A stretch of 64,000 nt of DNA from Rhina ancylostomus (lineage: Eukaryota): positions 24,591,520 through 24,655,519 of the forward strand of contig JARFYF010000001.1 in assembly GCA_030265395.1 (NCBI GenBank), in the 5' to 3' direction. The translations under genes were made by a program, and so were the position numbers. The notes beneath the pieces are model-generated. The model was not told the origin of the DNA. It worked only from the letters and a program-made list of their open reading frames with translations, and ran no database searches. Shown piece by piece: positions 62,405 through 64,000 of the stretch (position 1 is the stretch's first letter; every line of letters begins with the position of its first letter).

Positions 62405-62840
62405 TTTTGTTTGGTTTTGTTTATTATTGTCACTTGTACTGAGGTACAGTGAAAAACTTGTCTTGCAAACCGATCATACAGGTCAATTCATTACANNNNN
62501 NNNNNNNNNNNNNNNNNNNNNNNNNNNNNNNNNNNNNNNNNNNNNNNNNNNNNNNNNNNNNNNNNNNNNNNNNNNNNNNNNNNNNNNNNNNNNNNACTTG
62601 TACTGAGGTACAGTGAAAAACTTGTCTTGCAAATTGATCATGTAGGTCAATTCATTACACAGTGCAGTTACAGTGAGTTAGTACAGAGTCCATTGAGGTA
62701 GGAAATATGAAAACAGTAACAGCTACAGAGAAAGTGCAGTGCAGTGCAATAAGGTGCAAGGTCACAGCAAGGTAGATAGTGAGATCATAGTCCATCTCAT
62801 TGTATAAGGGAACTGTTCAATAGTCTTATCACAGTGGGGT
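62405..62840 (-). mobile_element. Rex1/Babar-type 3' tail region spanning a gap
   Basis: tttattattgtcacttgtactgaggtacagtgaaaaactt matches the tail at 53921; ends ...ttcaatagtcttatcacagtgggg. Confidence 0.65.
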
Positions 62841-63454
62841 ATTTTGGGTCTTGCTCTCTGCATCAGGACTTCTGGATTTTGTTGTCTAATCATCATCCCT
62901 TGCCCAAATTTGCTGTAATATTTGCATGTAAGTAATAACAAGTTTCATTAGCCACATTGGTATCTTTGCATCATTTTTTGCCCATTCCTTGCTATCTTAA
63001 TTGAGGTATATTTAGCTTGCTTATCTTGTAGGATTTAAATACTTTGCTCACATTGAAAATAAAGTTCATTCAAGCCTTCAAATACTAATAATACATAGTG
63101 CATTATCACTTTTGCCTCTCACTATTTCTGAGCAGTGATGAAAATAAAACTAAGCCTGAAACACCAGTAAGTCAAAATTTGAAATGGAGCTTGATCAATG
63201 TTAAGCACTGTATGTTCCAGTTTAATGCATTCAGCTTTGCATAAAACCATGATGTATGGTCTTCCAAATGAAATCCCTTGCTTTGACACAAATCTATGAA
63301 ACTTAGGGAATCAGGCTGGAAGATGATGTTGAGGTGGTTTATCAGTCACAATCATATTGGCTGGCAGAACTGGCTTAATGTTCTGTACAGCCTACCCATG
63401 CTTTTGTTCATATGAAACCAAAGTCTGGCCCAGTTCTCAAGTCACATGGGATGG

Positions 63455-63840
63455 ACATAGAGTTATGTAGCATGGAAACAGGCCCTTCAGCTCAATTAGT
63501 CTGTGCCTCCATCAAATATCCATATATACTATTCCCATTTTCCAGCACTTAGCACGGAAGCCTTCCACACTATAGCATTTCAAGTGTTCATTTATAAGAG
63601 TACCTGCCTCCAGCCCTTCAAGCAGAGATTTCCAAATTCTAACCACTTTCTGAAAATTTTAATCCCCTCTAAATGTCCCATAACTCACCTTAAACCTACA
63701 CTGTCTGGTTATAGATAACTCTGCTAGGAATGAAAGTTTCTCATTCTCTGTTCTCTCTATACCCCTCATAATTTTGTATACCTTAATCGGATCCTGCCTA
63801 TATTTCTCTACTCCAAGGAAAACAAACCCAGGTCATCCAG
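63455..63840 (-). mobile_element. CR1-type LINE 3' end (decayed)
   Basis: catagagttatgtagcatggaaacaggcccttcagc...cccctcataattttgtatacct...ctccaaggaaaacaaaccca. Confidence 0.75.
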
Positions 63841-64000
63841 TGTATGTGCATTCATATTAAAGCATCGCTTGTAATTTACTCTATCATGTATATTACTATT
63901 CATCCATGGTAATTGAAATATTCTGTGAACAGACCAAGAATTTTTAGCCTCACATTAATTTTTGTTTTTTTTTCAAAAATGGATGAAAATGGGGAATGCA

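Overview
AT-rich, repeat-dense vertebrate genomic DNA. The repeat families (CR1/HER1-like, Rex1/Babar, RTE, Tx1, Penelope, V-SINE/HE1-like, DeuSINE-like) point to a cartilaginous fish, probably a batoid (inference). The window holds the 3' end of one large + strand gene, an LRP1B-type LDL-receptor-related protein. I reconstructed 14 GT-AG coding exons with fully compatible phases (4023-60975; 2027 nt, about 675 aa). They encode the last YWTD beta-propeller, the membrane-proximal EGF repeats, the TM helix and a tail with two NPxY motifs ending in ...GLRETVA*. The rest is intron or 3' UTR/flank filled with decayed retroelements and about 14 assembly gaps; the other short ORFs in the track are TE remnants or noise. 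I found no convincing novel multi-gene system. The most interesting points: (i) an LRP1-like propeller joined to an LRP1B-like tail, with no visible LRP1B 33-aa tail exon; (ii) a non-canonical furin site (KRER); (iii) palindromic Penelope termini with degenerate minimal hammerhead-ribozyme motifs; (iv) V-SINEs with swapped LINE tails; (v) nested or inverted TE structures and a candidate intronic enhancer. All comparisons to human LRP1/LRP1B and to repeat consensus sequences are from memory and need alignment.
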